DNA from: Candidatus Micrarchaeota archaeon
GTDB lineage: Archaea > Micrarchaeota > Micrarchaeia > Micrarchaeales > Micrarchaeaceae
Direction: 5' to 3'
Length of the DNA stretch: 64,000 bases
Assembly: GCA_027345565.1 (NCBI GenBank)
Contig: DAHWIF010000005.1
Coordinates: forward strand, 13,700-77,699
Part shown: positions 38,336 through 48,106 of the stretch, piece by piece
How the letters are laid out: every line of letters begins with the position of its first letter
Position numbering within the stretch: position 1 is the stretch's first letter
Program-made: the position numbers and the translations under genes
Notes under the pieces: model-generated
What the model was told of the DNA's origin: nothing
What the model saw: the letters and a program-made list of their open reading frames with translations, nothing else
The model's database searches: none

Positions 38336-40858
38336 CTACCCGTTTACGGCAAGGAACCTTATGTTTGCATCTATCCTCTCGGCGGCCTTTTTCGCCTCTA
38401 GATCTATATCCTTCCTCAGATTGTGCTTCCTGCCGAAAAATTCCGCAATCCTCTCCCTAGAAGAAGGATCCTTGGCCGCACCGAACGGGCTCACGCACCT
38501 CACCAGCATGTGCGTGCTTGGCGAATATAACTGCATCAGCCTCTTCCAGTTCCGCATCGCCCAATCCCTGTATATATCATCAGCCACCGGGTTTGACCCT
38601 GCGACAGCCAATACCCTCCACGAATCCTGCAACCTTATCTGCTTTGAGAGCGCAACGCTTAAGGCCTTGCGCACAAGCCCCCTGTCTCCGAGCATGCCGA
38701 TGCTCGCGACAGCCCTGGACTGATCCTGCGGCGTTGTGCCATTCTTGTAGATCTCGATGAACCTTGAGAGCAGCCTTTCGCTCGGGTTGTTGAAAGCAAC
38801 CGTAGCGTAAACTGCAGCCTTTATGTCATCGTCGATGCTCCTGCCTTTTGCAGAGGCATCGAAAAGCGCTGAGGCTTTCGATACGGTATCCTGGTCTTTG
38901 AGCATGCCTAGTGCCGATATCGCGCTGCTGCGCAGTATAGCGTCTGTAGGGTCCTCTCCCTTCTGCCTCCTCCAACCCAGCCTGCCAAGTACGGATTTGT
39001 GGAAAGCCAGGCTTGCCTCCCTGGCGCGTCCCTCCCATTTCCTTCCTTTGGACATGGTTGCTATCCAGTTCAGGTGCCCAGAGACGCTAATGCATAGCGG
39101 ATAATCCGAATCCATCAGGTAACTATCCACGAAATCGAGGTATGTGGAGACTTCGGAGCTGCCTGACCTAATGGCCGCAAACAGGTCGTTCTCTATTCCC
39201 CACCCCTCCAGCACGCCCAATTTCTTATCTTTGACCATCCTTCCCAGACTGTCGAGCATAAAGCCCTCGTATGCTACACGGTAGAAGCCTGACTGTCCAT
39301 AGTTGAGCTTTATCCATTTGCCCTTTATCGGTATCCTAGCCCTGGCATCCGAGAAGAGGAAGCTTCCTGGGCCGTCTTCAGTTATGTAACTTATCGGTAT
39401 TATCCACGGCTTTTCGTGAATATTCCCAGATATAGTGAAGCGCTCCTGCGAGATGTCAGCGTATCCACCGTCTATCTTGATATGCACCACAGGATAACCT
39501 GGCCTCTCGAGCCAGCCGCTCATCATCTCCTTTATCGGCATGCGCTTGCCCTCTGCCATCGCCTGCTTCTGTATTGCGTTCCAGAGATCGGCCCTGGTTG
39601 CATTCGAGTAGGAATGCTTTTTCAGGTAGTTGCGCAGGCCTCTTCTGAATGTCAATTCGCCCACATACTCCTTGAGCATCAGCAGCATGCTGCCTCCCTT
39701 TTCATAGCCTATGTCGTCGAACATCTTCTCTATTTCTGATACGGTAGCCACCTCCATGCTTATCGGATGCGTATTCCTCATGCCATCTGCGGACAGCGCT
39801 GTGCCTATTGTGTCGTACCTGTAGCCTAACATCGTCTTCCACTCCTTGAACTGCCTGTCGACCGCCAGTGAGGCCATAAGGGTGGCGAAGCTCTCGTTCA
39901 GCCACATATCATCCCACCATCCCATCGTAACAAGGTCGCCGAACCACTGGTGTGCGAACTCGTGCGCTATCACATTTGCTATGTATTCCTTCGTTGCTAT
40001 GCCGGCTTTCTTATCGTTGCAAAGGAGCGTACCTTCCCTGAATGTGACCGCCCCCCAGTTCTCCATGGCGCCCGCCGCGAAGTCCGGTATGGCTATCACG
40101 TCCATCTTCGGCATCTTGTACTTCACCATGAAATAGGACTGCAGGTCGGCTATGAACCTCTTGCTGTATTCCAGCGGGAGCTTTGTCAGAGCGCGCTTTC
40201 CAGGCACGGTTATGACGCTGACCCTCAGTTTATCCAAACTGCTTGATACGCGCTCGAAAGGCCCTACTCCGATGTAGAGCAGGTATGTCGACATTTTCGG
40301 CGTGGTGTGGAAGGTTACCAGCTTCTTGCCTGCGCCGATCTTCTTCGTGCTCTTGACCGGCATGTTCGATATCGCGTCCATGTGATTGTCTATCACAAGC
40401 GAGAGGTCGAACGTAGCTTTGTACTCCGGTTCGTCTATACACGGCAGCGCCGCTCTAGCGTTTGGCGCTTCGAACTGCGTTGTAAGGATATAGCCCTCCT
40501 TACCCTTGTATGTGTATTTGCTCCTGTAGAAACCGTAGAGCCTATCGTTGTGCTCTCCCCGGTACAATATCACTATCGATATTGGGCCGCGCACGGGCCT
40601 GCGCAGCCTTATCGTCATCACCTCGTTTTTTGCGTCAAGCCTGAATGACGCTTCATAATCAAGTCCCCCAGACCTTACCTTTACGCTCCTTATCTTAAGC
40701 TCCTTGGCGTTCAGCTTTATGGTCCTTGTGCGCCTAACCGCATTGGCCGTTATCACTACCTCTCCATCGAACCTGAAACTCTTCATGTTCGGAGTTATCC
40801 TTATCCTATAGTTGAAAGGGATTACGCCGACTCCTATTGTAGCATGCCTGCGTATCAT
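38336..40858 (-). CDS. M1 family aminopeptidase (tricorn-interacting factor F2/F3-like)
   Basis: GAMENWG, HEFAHQW...WLNE, YEKG. Confidence 0.95.
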   Translation of the reverse strand: MIRRHATIGVGVIPFNYRIRITPNMKSFRFDGEVVITANAVRRTRTIKLNAKELKIRSVKVRSGGLDYEASFRLDAKNEVMTIRLRRPVRGPISIVILYRGEHNDRLYGFYRSKYTYKGKEGYILTTQFEAPNARAALPCIDEPEYKATFDLSLVIDNHMDAISNMPVKSTKKIGAGKKLVTFHTTPKMSTYLLYIGVGPFERVSSSLDKLRVSVITVPGKRALTKLPLEYSKRFIADLQSYFMVKYKMPKMDVIAIPDFAAGAMENWGAVTFREGTLLCNDKKAGIATKEYIANVIAHEFAHQWFGDLVTMGWWDDMWLNESFATLMASLAVDRQFKEWKTMLGYRYDTIGTALSADGMRNTHPISMEVATVSEIEKMFDDIGYEKGGSMLLMLKEYVGELTFRRGLRNYLKKHSYSNATRADLWNAIQKQAMAEGKRMPIKEMMSGWLERPGYPVVHIKIDGGYADISQERFTISGNIHEKPWIIPISYITEDGPGSFLFSDARARIPIKGKWIKLNYGQSGFYRVAYEGFMLDSLGRMVKDKKLGVLEGWGIENDLFAAIRSGSSEVSTYLDFVDSYLMDSDYPLCISVSGHLNWIATMSKGRKWEGRAREASLAFHKSVLGRLGWRRQKGEDPTDAILRSSAISALGMLKDQDTVSKASALFDASAKGRSIDDDIKAAVYATVAFNNPSERLLSRFIEIYKNGTTPQDQSRAVASIGMLGDRGLVRKALSVALSKQIRLQDSWRVLAVAGSNPVADDIYRDWAMRNWKRLMQLYSPSTHMLVRCVSPFGAAKDPSSRERIAEFFGRKHNLRKDIDLEAKKAAERIDANIRFLAVNG

Positions 40859-41466
40859 GACACCACCACGTTCTCAGATATCTGCCTGTAGGATTCTAAG
40901 AACTCCTCTTTTCCAATCGAGTACCTTAGCTCTTCAGCGTATCCACTGTAATGCGCCCTCATCTCCCTGTATGACTGCTCTCTCGAGAAGCCCACCGAGC
41001 CTAGCATGGCTATCGATCTCGAGTTGAAGCTGAGCACATCAGCGTTGACCGTTCTGGTATCTCTGTCCATGAAAGTGAAAGTCGAGAGCAGTATCACCGC
41101 CTCTTTCGCATAGCCTCTGCCCCAGTGCTCCTTTCCGAGCCAGTAGCCTATGCTGCAGCTTTTCGCCTCTGCGTCGCGGCCGATGATGCCGGCAGCGCCT
41201 ATCAGCCTGCCTGAACCTGCTAGATGTATGCCGAAGTGGCATCCTGTTCCATCGCTAGCTGCCTTTTTCGTGCTGCTTATGAACGCTCGCGCATCATCTA
41301 AGCCGTAAGGATACGGGAAAGCGCCCGCCGACGCTACATTGTACGCGATCTCGTAATCGTTCGCGTTCCTGGCTATGTCATCGGCGTCGTTTTCGGAAAC
41401 GCTCTCAAGGTAGACCCTGAACTTGTCGTATAGTATTCTTATCGTCTCACCACACGCACCACACAA
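40855..41466 (-). CDS. GNAT acetyltransferase (RimJ/RimL family)
   Basis: FPYPY..DA, IGYWLGKEHWGRGYAKEA, NSRS...GF. Confidence 0.88.
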   Translation of the reverse strand: MCGACGETIRILYDKFRVYLESVSENDADDIARNANDYEIAYNVASAGAFPYPYGLDDARAFISSTKKAASDGTGCHFGIHLAGSGRLIGAAGIIGRDAEAKSCSIGYWLGKEHWGRGYAKEAVILLSTFTFMDRDTRTVNADVLSFNSRSIAMLGSVGFSREQSYREMRAHYSGYAEELRYSIGKEEFLESYRQISENVVVS

Positions 41467-41514
41467 TATATAGATTTTGCATCCAAATCTGTTTATAGCT
41501 TGTGCTGTGGTCAG

Positions 41515-42390
41515 ATGGGCGTACTTAACACAATGCCGCCTTACAATCTGTTCGGCCTAGAGGAGCAGGACTACAAGAAAGCAAAAGTAGTCGTTTTTCC
41601 GGTGCCGTACGACTCTACCTCCACATACAAGGTGGGCTCGAGGGAAGGGCCGCATGCAATAATAGAGGCGAGCAGGCCGATGGAGCTGTACAGCGAGGAG
41701 CTCGGCAGGCGGATAAGCGACATAGGTATTTACACCATGGAGGAGATGGCGCCAGATTTCGATTCACCTAAGGGGATGGTAAATCGGATATCTAAGGAGG
41801 TATCGCTTGTGCTGGAGGACTCGAAAGTGCCGCTGCTTATAGGCGGGGAGCACACCATAGCGATAGGAGCAGTGAAGGCTATCGCAGGCAGGTACAAGGA
41901 CTTCAGCGTGCTGCACCTCGATGCTCACGCCGATTCCTACGACGAGTTCAACAACAGCAGGTACTGCCATGCTTGTGTGATGGCGCGCATAAGGGAGATG
42001 TGCAAGAGCTGCTACAGCGTAGGCGTCAGGAGCATAGACGAGAGGAGCGCGAAGAGGCGCAACGACATTCTCTACATGAAGGATGCGAGGAAGCTCACAG
42101 CAAGGCAGATCGCGGAAAAGATACTTAGGAATACAGGTAGAAGCCTGTACGTGACCATAGACCTTGACGTGCTCGACCCGGCGGAGATGCCTAGCACCGG
42201 CACGCCTGAGCCCGGAGGCTTCAGCTACAGCACCCTGAAGGACGTACTGGAAATTGTCCTGAAGCGGAGGAAGCTCATCGGAATGGACGTCAGCGAGCTC
42301 TGCCCCATACCGAACATGGTGGCGCCCAACTACCTCGCGGCAAAGCTTATATACAATGCATTGGGATATGCATTCTCCAAGAGGGCATGA
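41515..42390 (+). CDS. speB: Agmatinase
   Basis: GGEH, DAHAD, DLDVLDP, TGTPEPGG. Confidence 0.92.
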   Translation: MGVLNTMPPYNLFGLEEQDYKKAKVVVFPVPYDSTSTYKVGSREGPHAIIEASRPMELYSEELGRRISDIGIYTMEEMAPDFDSPKGMVNRISKEVSLVLEDSKVPLLIGGEHTIAIGAVKAIAGRYKDFSVLHLDAHADSYDEFNNSRYCHACVMARIREMCKSCYSVGVRSIDERSAKRRNDILYMKDARKLTARQIAEKILRNTGRSLYVTIDLDVLDPAEMPSTGTPEPGGFSYSTLKDVLEIVLKRRKLIGMDVSELCPIPNMVAPNYLAAKLIYNALGYAFSKRA

Positions 42391-42399
42391 GGCGCGCGC

Positions 42400-43074
42400 A
42401 TGAGACCCAGGATAAGCGTTGTGCTTCCAACGAAAGAGGAGGAGGGCGCGTTCTCCACGATAGCCAGCCTCAAGCGCATGTTCCCCTCTGGGCTGGAGAT
42501 AATAGTAATTGACAAGAGCGGCAGGGAGTTCTTTGGCAGGATAAAAAAGACGGGCGTGAGGGTGTTCAGGCAGCGCAGCAACGGCGTCGAGAATGCGATG
42601 ATAGAGGGGTTGAGGAAGTCGCGCGGCAGCGTGATAGCGAGCGTGGACGCGGACGGCACGCACGAGCTGTCTGGGGTCGAGCGCGGGATGAGGCTGATAG
42701 AGGCCGGGCGAGCGGACCTCGTGCTAGGCAACCGGATGGGAGGCCTGGAGCAGGGCTCCATGAGCGGCTACCTGCGCTTCGGGAACGCCGTATTGTCGTG
42801 GATATTCAACCTGCTGTACGGGCAGAGCATCCATGACGTACTCACCGGCATGCTCATAATGGACAGGAAGGCGCTGGATGCCGTTAAGGGAATAAACCCT
42901 GAAGGCAACCCGATCGCATTCTTCCAGGTGCAGATCGCCAAGCGGGGCTTCAGGCTCGGCGAGGTGCGCATAAAGTACAGCAAAAGGAGGTACGGCAAGT
43001 CCAGGCTCGCTAAGTCAAAGTTCCTCTACGGTATAAGCACCGCGCTGTATATGGTGAGGGAGAGGCTAATCTAG
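42400..43074 (+). CDS. Family 2 glycosyltransferase (polyprenol-phosphate glycosyltransferase-like)
   Basis: SVVLPT, VDADGTH, DLVLGNR, DVLTG. Confidence 0.88.
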   Translation: MRPRISVVLPTKEEEGAFSTIASLKRMFPSGLEIIVIDKSGREFFGRIKKTGVRVFRQRSNGVENAMIEGLRKSRGSVIASVDADGTHELSGVERGMRLIEAGRADLVLGNRMGGLEQGSMSGYLRFGNAVLSWIFNLLYGQSIHDVLTGMLIMDRKALDAVKGINPEGNPIAFFQVQIAKRGFRLGEVRIKYSKRRYGKSRLAKSKFLYGISTALYMVRERLI

Positions 43075-43105
43075 CCATCCCGTACAAAAGGTTTTTATAC
43101 CTTAA

Positions 43106-43160
43106 GATACTTTTTATATTGAAATAGACAAAAAGTGTCGTAAATGGAACAAAAAGTATC
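43106..43160. promoter_or_regulatory. Inverted-repeat operator upstream of AbiE pair 2
   Basis: GATACTTTTT (43106) with inverted copies AAAAAGTGTC (43130) and AAAAAGTATC (43151). Confidence 0.5.
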
Positions 43161-43857
43161 CAGCTACCGAGAGCTTCCGGAGCTCTTCACGATGTCCAGC
43201 CTATCCGGCGCCCTCCATATCAACAGACGGAGACTGAGCCGTATGCTGGAATCGTGGGTGGAAGAGGGAGTTGTCGTCAGGCTCAGGAAGGGCACATACG
43301 CAAAGAGCGATGCGAACCAGTTCAGGATAGCAGCGGGGCTGTACAACGGCTATATTGGTTTCTCATCCGCACTGTACCTCTACGGGCTCAAAACGGAGCT
43401 GGAGCGCATCGTGTACGTGTGCGTCTCCACTAGGGAGAAAACGTGCTACTTCAAAGGCGTAAAACTCCAGCCTATCGAGATCCAGAAGCAGCTTTACGGC
43501 ACAGAGCTGCATGACGGCACGCTCGTGTCTACGTACCCGAAAACTATATTCGATATGTTCCTGAAGCCCAAACATGCGAGCATGTTCGATGTCTACCGGG
43601 CCATTAATACACGACCTTTTGATAACCGGGAATGGATGGAGCTGATATACTATGCGAAAGATTCTAACCTGTCAACTATGCGAAGAATCGGGTTTGCCCT
43701 TGACGGAATAGCACCCGCGTGGTTCACCGCAGAGCTGCTCTCCTTGGCCAAAGGGAGCGGGAAATCTTTCTTCGGCTCCAAGAAGACAGCCAATTTCAAT
43801 TCGAAATGGCGCATATACGACAACATAGGTGTAAGAAGGTGGGTAAATGCCATATGA
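43144..43857 (+). CDS. AbiEi-family antitoxin
   Basis: wHTH VVRLRKGTY, GYIGFSSALYLYGL, VSTYPKTIFD. Confidence 0.85.
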   Translation: MEQKVSSYRELPELFTMSSLSGALHINRRRLSRMLESWVEEGVVVRLRKGTYAKSDANQFRIAAGLYNGYIGFSSALYLYGLKTELERIVYVCVSTREKTCYFKGVKLQPIEIQKQLYGTELHDGTLVSTYPKTIFDMFLKPKHASMFDVYRAINTRPFDNREWMELIYYAKDSNLSTMRRIGFALDGIAPAWFTAELLSLAKGSGKSFFGSKKTANFNSKWRIYDNIGVRRWVNAI

Positions 43858-44563
43858 CTTGGCTGATGTCTCCCTCAAGACCGGCATAACGCAGGAGAAG
43901 TTGCAGAAGGAGGTAGCTGGCATGGTGGCGCTGCAGGAGTTGGCTGCCCTCTTTGCCAGCGAACGCCAGAAGGTGGCGCTTTACGGCGGGACCGCGCTTA
44001 ATAAGATATACTTCGGTAAGGACCAGCGAATATCATATGACTTGGACATAGAGAGCTTCGCCTTCGAAAGAAGCATCTCGCTCATGCAGAGGGTGTGCGA
44101 CAGCAAGGTATCCCACATAAAGGCGGCCAGGTTCGTCTACAAAGGCGTCGTGGTAGACCTCACAAAGGCCAGGAGAATCGAGGAGCCTTCCTTAAGGAGG
44201 GTGGAGAGCTTATTGGGATTCTTCAATTATCCTATGGGATCGCTCCTTGTTCCGTCCTACAGCTTGGAGCTGCTCCTTGCAAGGAAGACCACGGCGCTGC
44301 TTTCCAGACTAGTGCCAAAGGATGTCTACGACACGTGGATGGGGCTGAAGCTATTGAAGGGCGAGAAGCTGTACAGATCATACGTTCTTAAAATAGCAAA
44401 GGCGGAAAGGATGAACCTGCAATACCTCATAGGGCAGCTAAAGTACTTCTACAAGAGTGGTGATATGAGGTATGAGCCCGAGAGCATCGACGTGATCAGG
44501 ACAGTCAACTTCAAGATAATGATCGGTGACGTAATATTAAGGCTTTACAAGATCTTTATGTAG
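43847..44563 (+). CDS. AbiEii-family nucleotidyltransferase toxin
   Basis: LYGGTALNKIYF...RISYDLD; K...R..PKDVYD. Confidence 0.87.
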   Translation: MPYDLADVSLKTGITQEKLQKEVAGMVALQELAALFASERQKVALYGGTALNKIYFGKDQRISYDLDIESFAFERSISLMQRVCDSKVSHIKAARFVYKGVVVDLTKARRIEEPSLRRVESLLGFFNYPMGSLLVPSYSLELLLARKTTALLSRLVPKDVYDTWMGLKLLKGEKLYRSYVLKIAKAERMNLQYLIGQLKYFYKSGDMRYEPESIDVIRTVNFKIMIGDVILRLYKIFM

Positions 44564-44570
44564 GGATTGT

Positions 44571-45698
44571 ATGAGAATCGCGTTCGTGTCGGATGTCGCT
44601 TTCCCGTGGCATGTCGGCGGGGTTGAGCAAACCGAGCGACTTGAGGCAGAGCACCTTGCAAAGGGCCACGAGGTGCACTTCTTCTCATTCAAGTGGAAGG
44701 GGATGAAGCGCGATTTCACGGACAAACGGATCCACTACCACTGCTCGCATTACCTCACCGACAAGGAGTTCTACAGGCACAAGCGCAGGTCGATAAGGGA
44801 GGGCTTTTACTTCTCGATGGTAGCATGGCGCATATTCTCAAGCAGGTTCGACGTGGTTCAGGTGAACGCGTTCCCATACCTGCACCTGCCAGTAATGAAA
44901 CTCTACTGCAGGATTACGGGCGCGAAGCTGATCATGGACGTAGCGGAATACTGGACAAGGGAAGAGTGGATGGGCTACCTTGGCAGGGCGCTTGGCGGCA
45001 TAGTCTCGGATTACACGAACTGGATGCTCCGCGGAGCGGACGCCTACATAGCCAACCCGGGCAAGGCCTACGACGGGCTGGTGTCGATAGGGGTGCCGCG
45101 CTCGATCATAGAGCGGTTCACCCCGATACTTGATGACAAAGAGCTATCTACGGTAAGGGCAAAACAGAGGCGCGGCCTTGTTGTCTACCTTGGCAGGTTG
45201 ATAAAGGAGAAAAGGTTCGACCTATGGCTGGAGGCCGTGAAGGAGGCCTCCAGCATCGAGAGCGGCATAAAGGGCATAATAATAGGGGATGGGCCGGAGC
45301 GCGCAGCGATACGCCATATGATCCCTGCGCTGGGGCTCAACGCCACAGTCCAGCTGCGCAGGTTCTACAACGAAAGGAGGGCCGCCCACCGTATACTCAA
45401 GAGCGCATCCGTATTCCTCAACATGTCTGAGAGGGAGGGGCTCAGTGCCACAGCCCTCGAGAGCATAGCGCTCGGTACACCCGTAGTGCTGCCGAGCTAT
45501 TCGCCGATACCTGATGCTGTCAAGGGGATGTGTACCGTATGCGATAAGGATGATGTGCCGCGCACGCTTGCAAGGATAGCCAGAGGCAATAAAAGCTCAT
45601 TCATAAGGAATGCCAAGAATCTTGATGGCTTCAAGGCGTCCTCTATACCATCATTCTACAAGAGGCTTTTTGCAAGGCTTGATCTGAAGCCAGTATGA
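44571..45698 (+). CDS. Family 4 glycosyltransferase
   Basis: GGVE, YLGRLIKEK, GDGPER, SEREG...LESIALGTPVV. Confidence 0.9.
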   Translation: MRIAFVSDVAFPWHVGGVEQTERLEAEHLAKGHEVHFFSFKWKGMKRDFTDKRIHYHCSHYLTDKEFYRHKRRSIREGFYFSMVAWRIFSSRFDVVQVNAFPYLHLPVMKLYCRITGAKLIMDVAEYWTREEWMGYLGRALGGIVSDYTNWMLRGADAYIANPGKAYDGLVSIGVPRSIIERFTPILDDKELSTVRAKQRRGLVVYLGRLIKEKRFDLWLEAVKEASSIESGIKGIIIGDGPERAAIRHMIPALGLNATVQLRRFYNERRAAHRILKSASVFLNMSEREGLSATALESIALGTPVVLPSYSPIPDAVKGMCTVCDKDDVPRTLARIARGNKSSFIRNAKNLDGFKASSIPSFYKRLFARLDLKPV

Positions 45699-45763
45699 TA
45701 TGCGATGGAATGCAGAAAGCGCAGCACGCCCTCTTCCAAAACAGATAAAAAAATAAAAAGAAA

Positions 45764-45783
45764 GGGATAGCGCTAGCTATCCC
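45764..45783. terminator. Hairpin between convergent genes
   Basis: GGGATAGC-GCTA-GCTATCCC, followed on the minus strand by a T-rich tract. Confidence 0.5.
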
Positions 45784-45805
45784 AAGTTTCTGCACGCCTG
45801 AAGGC

Positions 45806-46198
45806 TTACGCCTTCTCGGTCATGCCTACAGCAGAGCCTATGATCGACAGTATGAAGCCAATCACGACCAGCCACATGAAGCTTGTTCCGGCTGTCATTA
45901 GGAGCAAAGCTATTGCCGCTGCCCATGTCAGTTTCGCTGCCGCACCTGCCGCCCTTCCTCCTCTGCCCGCCAGATTAGCGAAGCTAATCAGGAATACCGC
46001 TATCGAAGCCAGTATCGCTATCGGGTAGATGAAAGGCAGCCAAAGGCTCGCTACACCTGTATTCCACGCGCTCAACGCACTAGAGTACCCTATCGCTCCA
46101 CTGTTTAGGAGCAAGGCAGCTGTCACCAGGAAGAATATTCCTCCTAGGAACTCTAGGCCGAAGGCCGCGTATGATGTTCCGCTTTTGCCTCTTGCCAT
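45806..46198 (-). CDS. Small multi-pass membrane protein
   Basis: Four hydrophobic helices; GGTGA RBS before ATG (MARGK). Confidence 0.75.
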   Translation of the reverse strand: MARGKSGTSYAAFGLEFLGGIFFLVTAALLLNSGAIGYSSALSAWNTGVASLWLPFIYPIAILASIAVFLISFANLAGRGGRAAGAAAKLTWAAAIALLLMTAGTSFMWLVVIGFILSIIGSAVGMTEKA

Positions 46199-46389
46199 AC
46201 ATTCACCTATATGAATCTCAAAGAGAAGCTTTTTAAATGTAACTGTTTGGGGTGCGATGCGACGTAGTTCTTGCTGCCTTCCGCCAAAGCGCTGCACAGC
46301 CTAAAGTTATTTATTAGTTGCGTTCCATTATATTGAATTGCCTTGCACACTGTAGTAGAGGACGCACTTCTTATCGTTTAGGTGAGCCC

Positions 46390-46620
46390 CTGGTAAAGTC
46401 CCCCCTGAGACTGGTAGCCAAGCACGAGATTGTTAGCGATAGCGAGGCTAGGAAGGTCTCAAAGAGGTTCAAGATAACGCTAGACAAGTTCCCTAAGATA
46501 CTGAGTACAGACCCGCAGGCTGTCAAGATAGGCGCGAAGCCCGGCCAGCTTGTGGCCATACACAGGAGCGACCCGACTGGCGACTACCTGTATTACAGAT
46601 ACGTCGTAGAGAGGATATGA
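46390..46620 (+). CDS. rpo5: RNA polymerase subunit Rpo5 (H); probable CTG start
   Basis: LVAKHEI...FPKILSTDP...IGAKPGQLVAIHR...YYRYV; GGTGA 4 nt before CTG. Confidence 0.9.
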   Translation: MVKSPLRLVAKHEIVSDSEARKVSKRFKITLDKFPKILSTDPQAVKIGAKPGQLVAIHRSDPTGDYLYYRYVVERI

Positions 46621-48098
46621 GCATGCCGGACAACCACGACCTGCTTGAATCATACCTTAGCAACACCTCGATAGTGCAGCAGCAGATAGACAGCTACAAC
46701 CGTTTCGTTAATGTAGGACTGCAGAAGATAGTGGAGAGCCAGTCCAACATAGAGCCAGAGGTATCGGACTTCGCAATAAAGCTGAACAGCGTGCGCCTCG
46801 GTTCGCCCGTCGTGATAGAGTCGGACAGCTCGTCAAAGAGGATACTGCCAAATGAGGCGCTTGCCAGAAACCTCACGTACAGCGCCCCGATATACCTGAC
46901 ATACACCCCGGTAATAAGCGGGATAGAGAAGAAGATAAACACGTCGGAGGTGTTCATAGGCGAGCTTCCAGTAATGGTGAAGAGCGACATATGCTACACA
47001 AAGGGCATGTCGAAGGAGCAGTTGCTCGCCGAGGGGGAGGATCCTGACGATCCAGGAGGCTATTTCATAATAAAAGGGAGCGAGCGCGTCCTAGTGGGCA
47101 TAGAGGACCTTGCGCCAAACAGGATAATCTGCACCAAGGAGAAGAAGGGCGTGGTGAGCAAGGTCTTCTCAACCACCCTGAATTTCAGGGCGAGGTGCAG
47201 CATAACGAGGGACGATTATGGGATATACAAGGTGCTCTTCCCGACCGTCTCGAAGGGCATAGACCTGATACTCGTGCTGAAGGCGCTTGGCATGCAGCCA
47301 AGCGAGATGCTCAAGGAAGTAGACGACGTCAAGGAGATAGCGAACGACATGCTGCTGAATACAGACCTCAGCAAGGCCAAGGAGATAAGCCAGGATGATT
47401 GCGTGATGGAGCTGGGCAGGATGTCCGCGCCCAACCAGGCGAGGCCTTACCAGCAGAAGAGGGCCGAGATGCAGCTCGATACATATATACTGCCGCATAT
47501 AGGGTCGAAGCCGAAGCACAGGAAGGAGAAGGCCGAATACCTCGTCAGGATGGCCAAGCGCGCATCGATGGTCGCGTACGGCTACGCCAGGTCAGACGAC
47601 AAGGACCACTACGCGAACAAGAGGATAAAGCTCGCTGGCGACCTGATGGAGGAGCTGCTCAGCAACGCCTTCAAGTTCTTCGTTAAGGACATAAAGTACC
47701 ATGTCGAGAAGACGACAGCCAGGGGCAGGAAGCTCAACGTCAGGACGAACATCAACCCCGACGCACTCACAGACAAGATACTCTACGCGATGGGCACGGG
47801 CTCATGGCCCGCCGGCCAGACCGGAGTGTCGCAGGTGCTGGACAGGACGAACTATCTGAGCGCGCTAGCGCACCTCAGGCGAGTGAAATCGCCGCTCACC
47901 AAGAAGCACCCGCACTTCAAGGCCAGGGACGTGCACGGCACCTATCTCGGGAAGATATGCCCGAGCGAGACGCCGGAGGGAACGGAAGTTGGCCTCACGA
48001 AAAACCTGGCTATAATGTCGAAGGTGACCGTAGGGGCCGACCAGGCAATGCTTGAAGAGAAGATAAAGGAGCTGAAGCTCCTGGAGAAGGAACAATAG
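46617..48098 (+). CDS. rpo2N: RNA polymerase subunit B'' (Rpo2N)
   Basis: QQIDSYN, NLTYSAP, DPGGYFII, DDKDHYANKR, CPSETPEG. Confidence 0.95.
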   Translation: MSMPDNHDLLESYLSNTSIVQQQIDSYNRFVNVGLQKIVESQSNIEPEVSDFAIKLNSVRLGSPVVIESDSSSKRILPNEALARNLTYSAPIYLTYTPVISGIEKKINTSEVFIGELPVMVKSDICYTKGMSKEQLLAEGEDPDDPGGYFIIKGSERVLVGIEDLAPNRIICTKEKKGVVSKVFSTTLNFRARCSITRDDYGIYKVLFPTVSKGIDLILVLKALGMQPSEMLKEVDDVKEIANDMLLNTDLSKAKEISQDDCVMELGRMSAPNQARPYQQKRAEMQLDTYILPHIGSKPKHRKEKAEYLVRMAKRASMVAYGYARSDDKDHYANKRIKLAGDLMEELLSNAFKFFVKDIKYHVEKTTARGRKLNVRTNINPDALTDKILYAMGTGSWPAGQTGVSQVLDRTNYLSALAHLRRVKSPLTKKHPHFKARDVHGTYLGKICPSETPEGTEVGLTKNLAIMSKVTVGADQAMLEEKIKELKLLEKEQ

Positions 48099-48106
48099 AT
48101 GATTTG

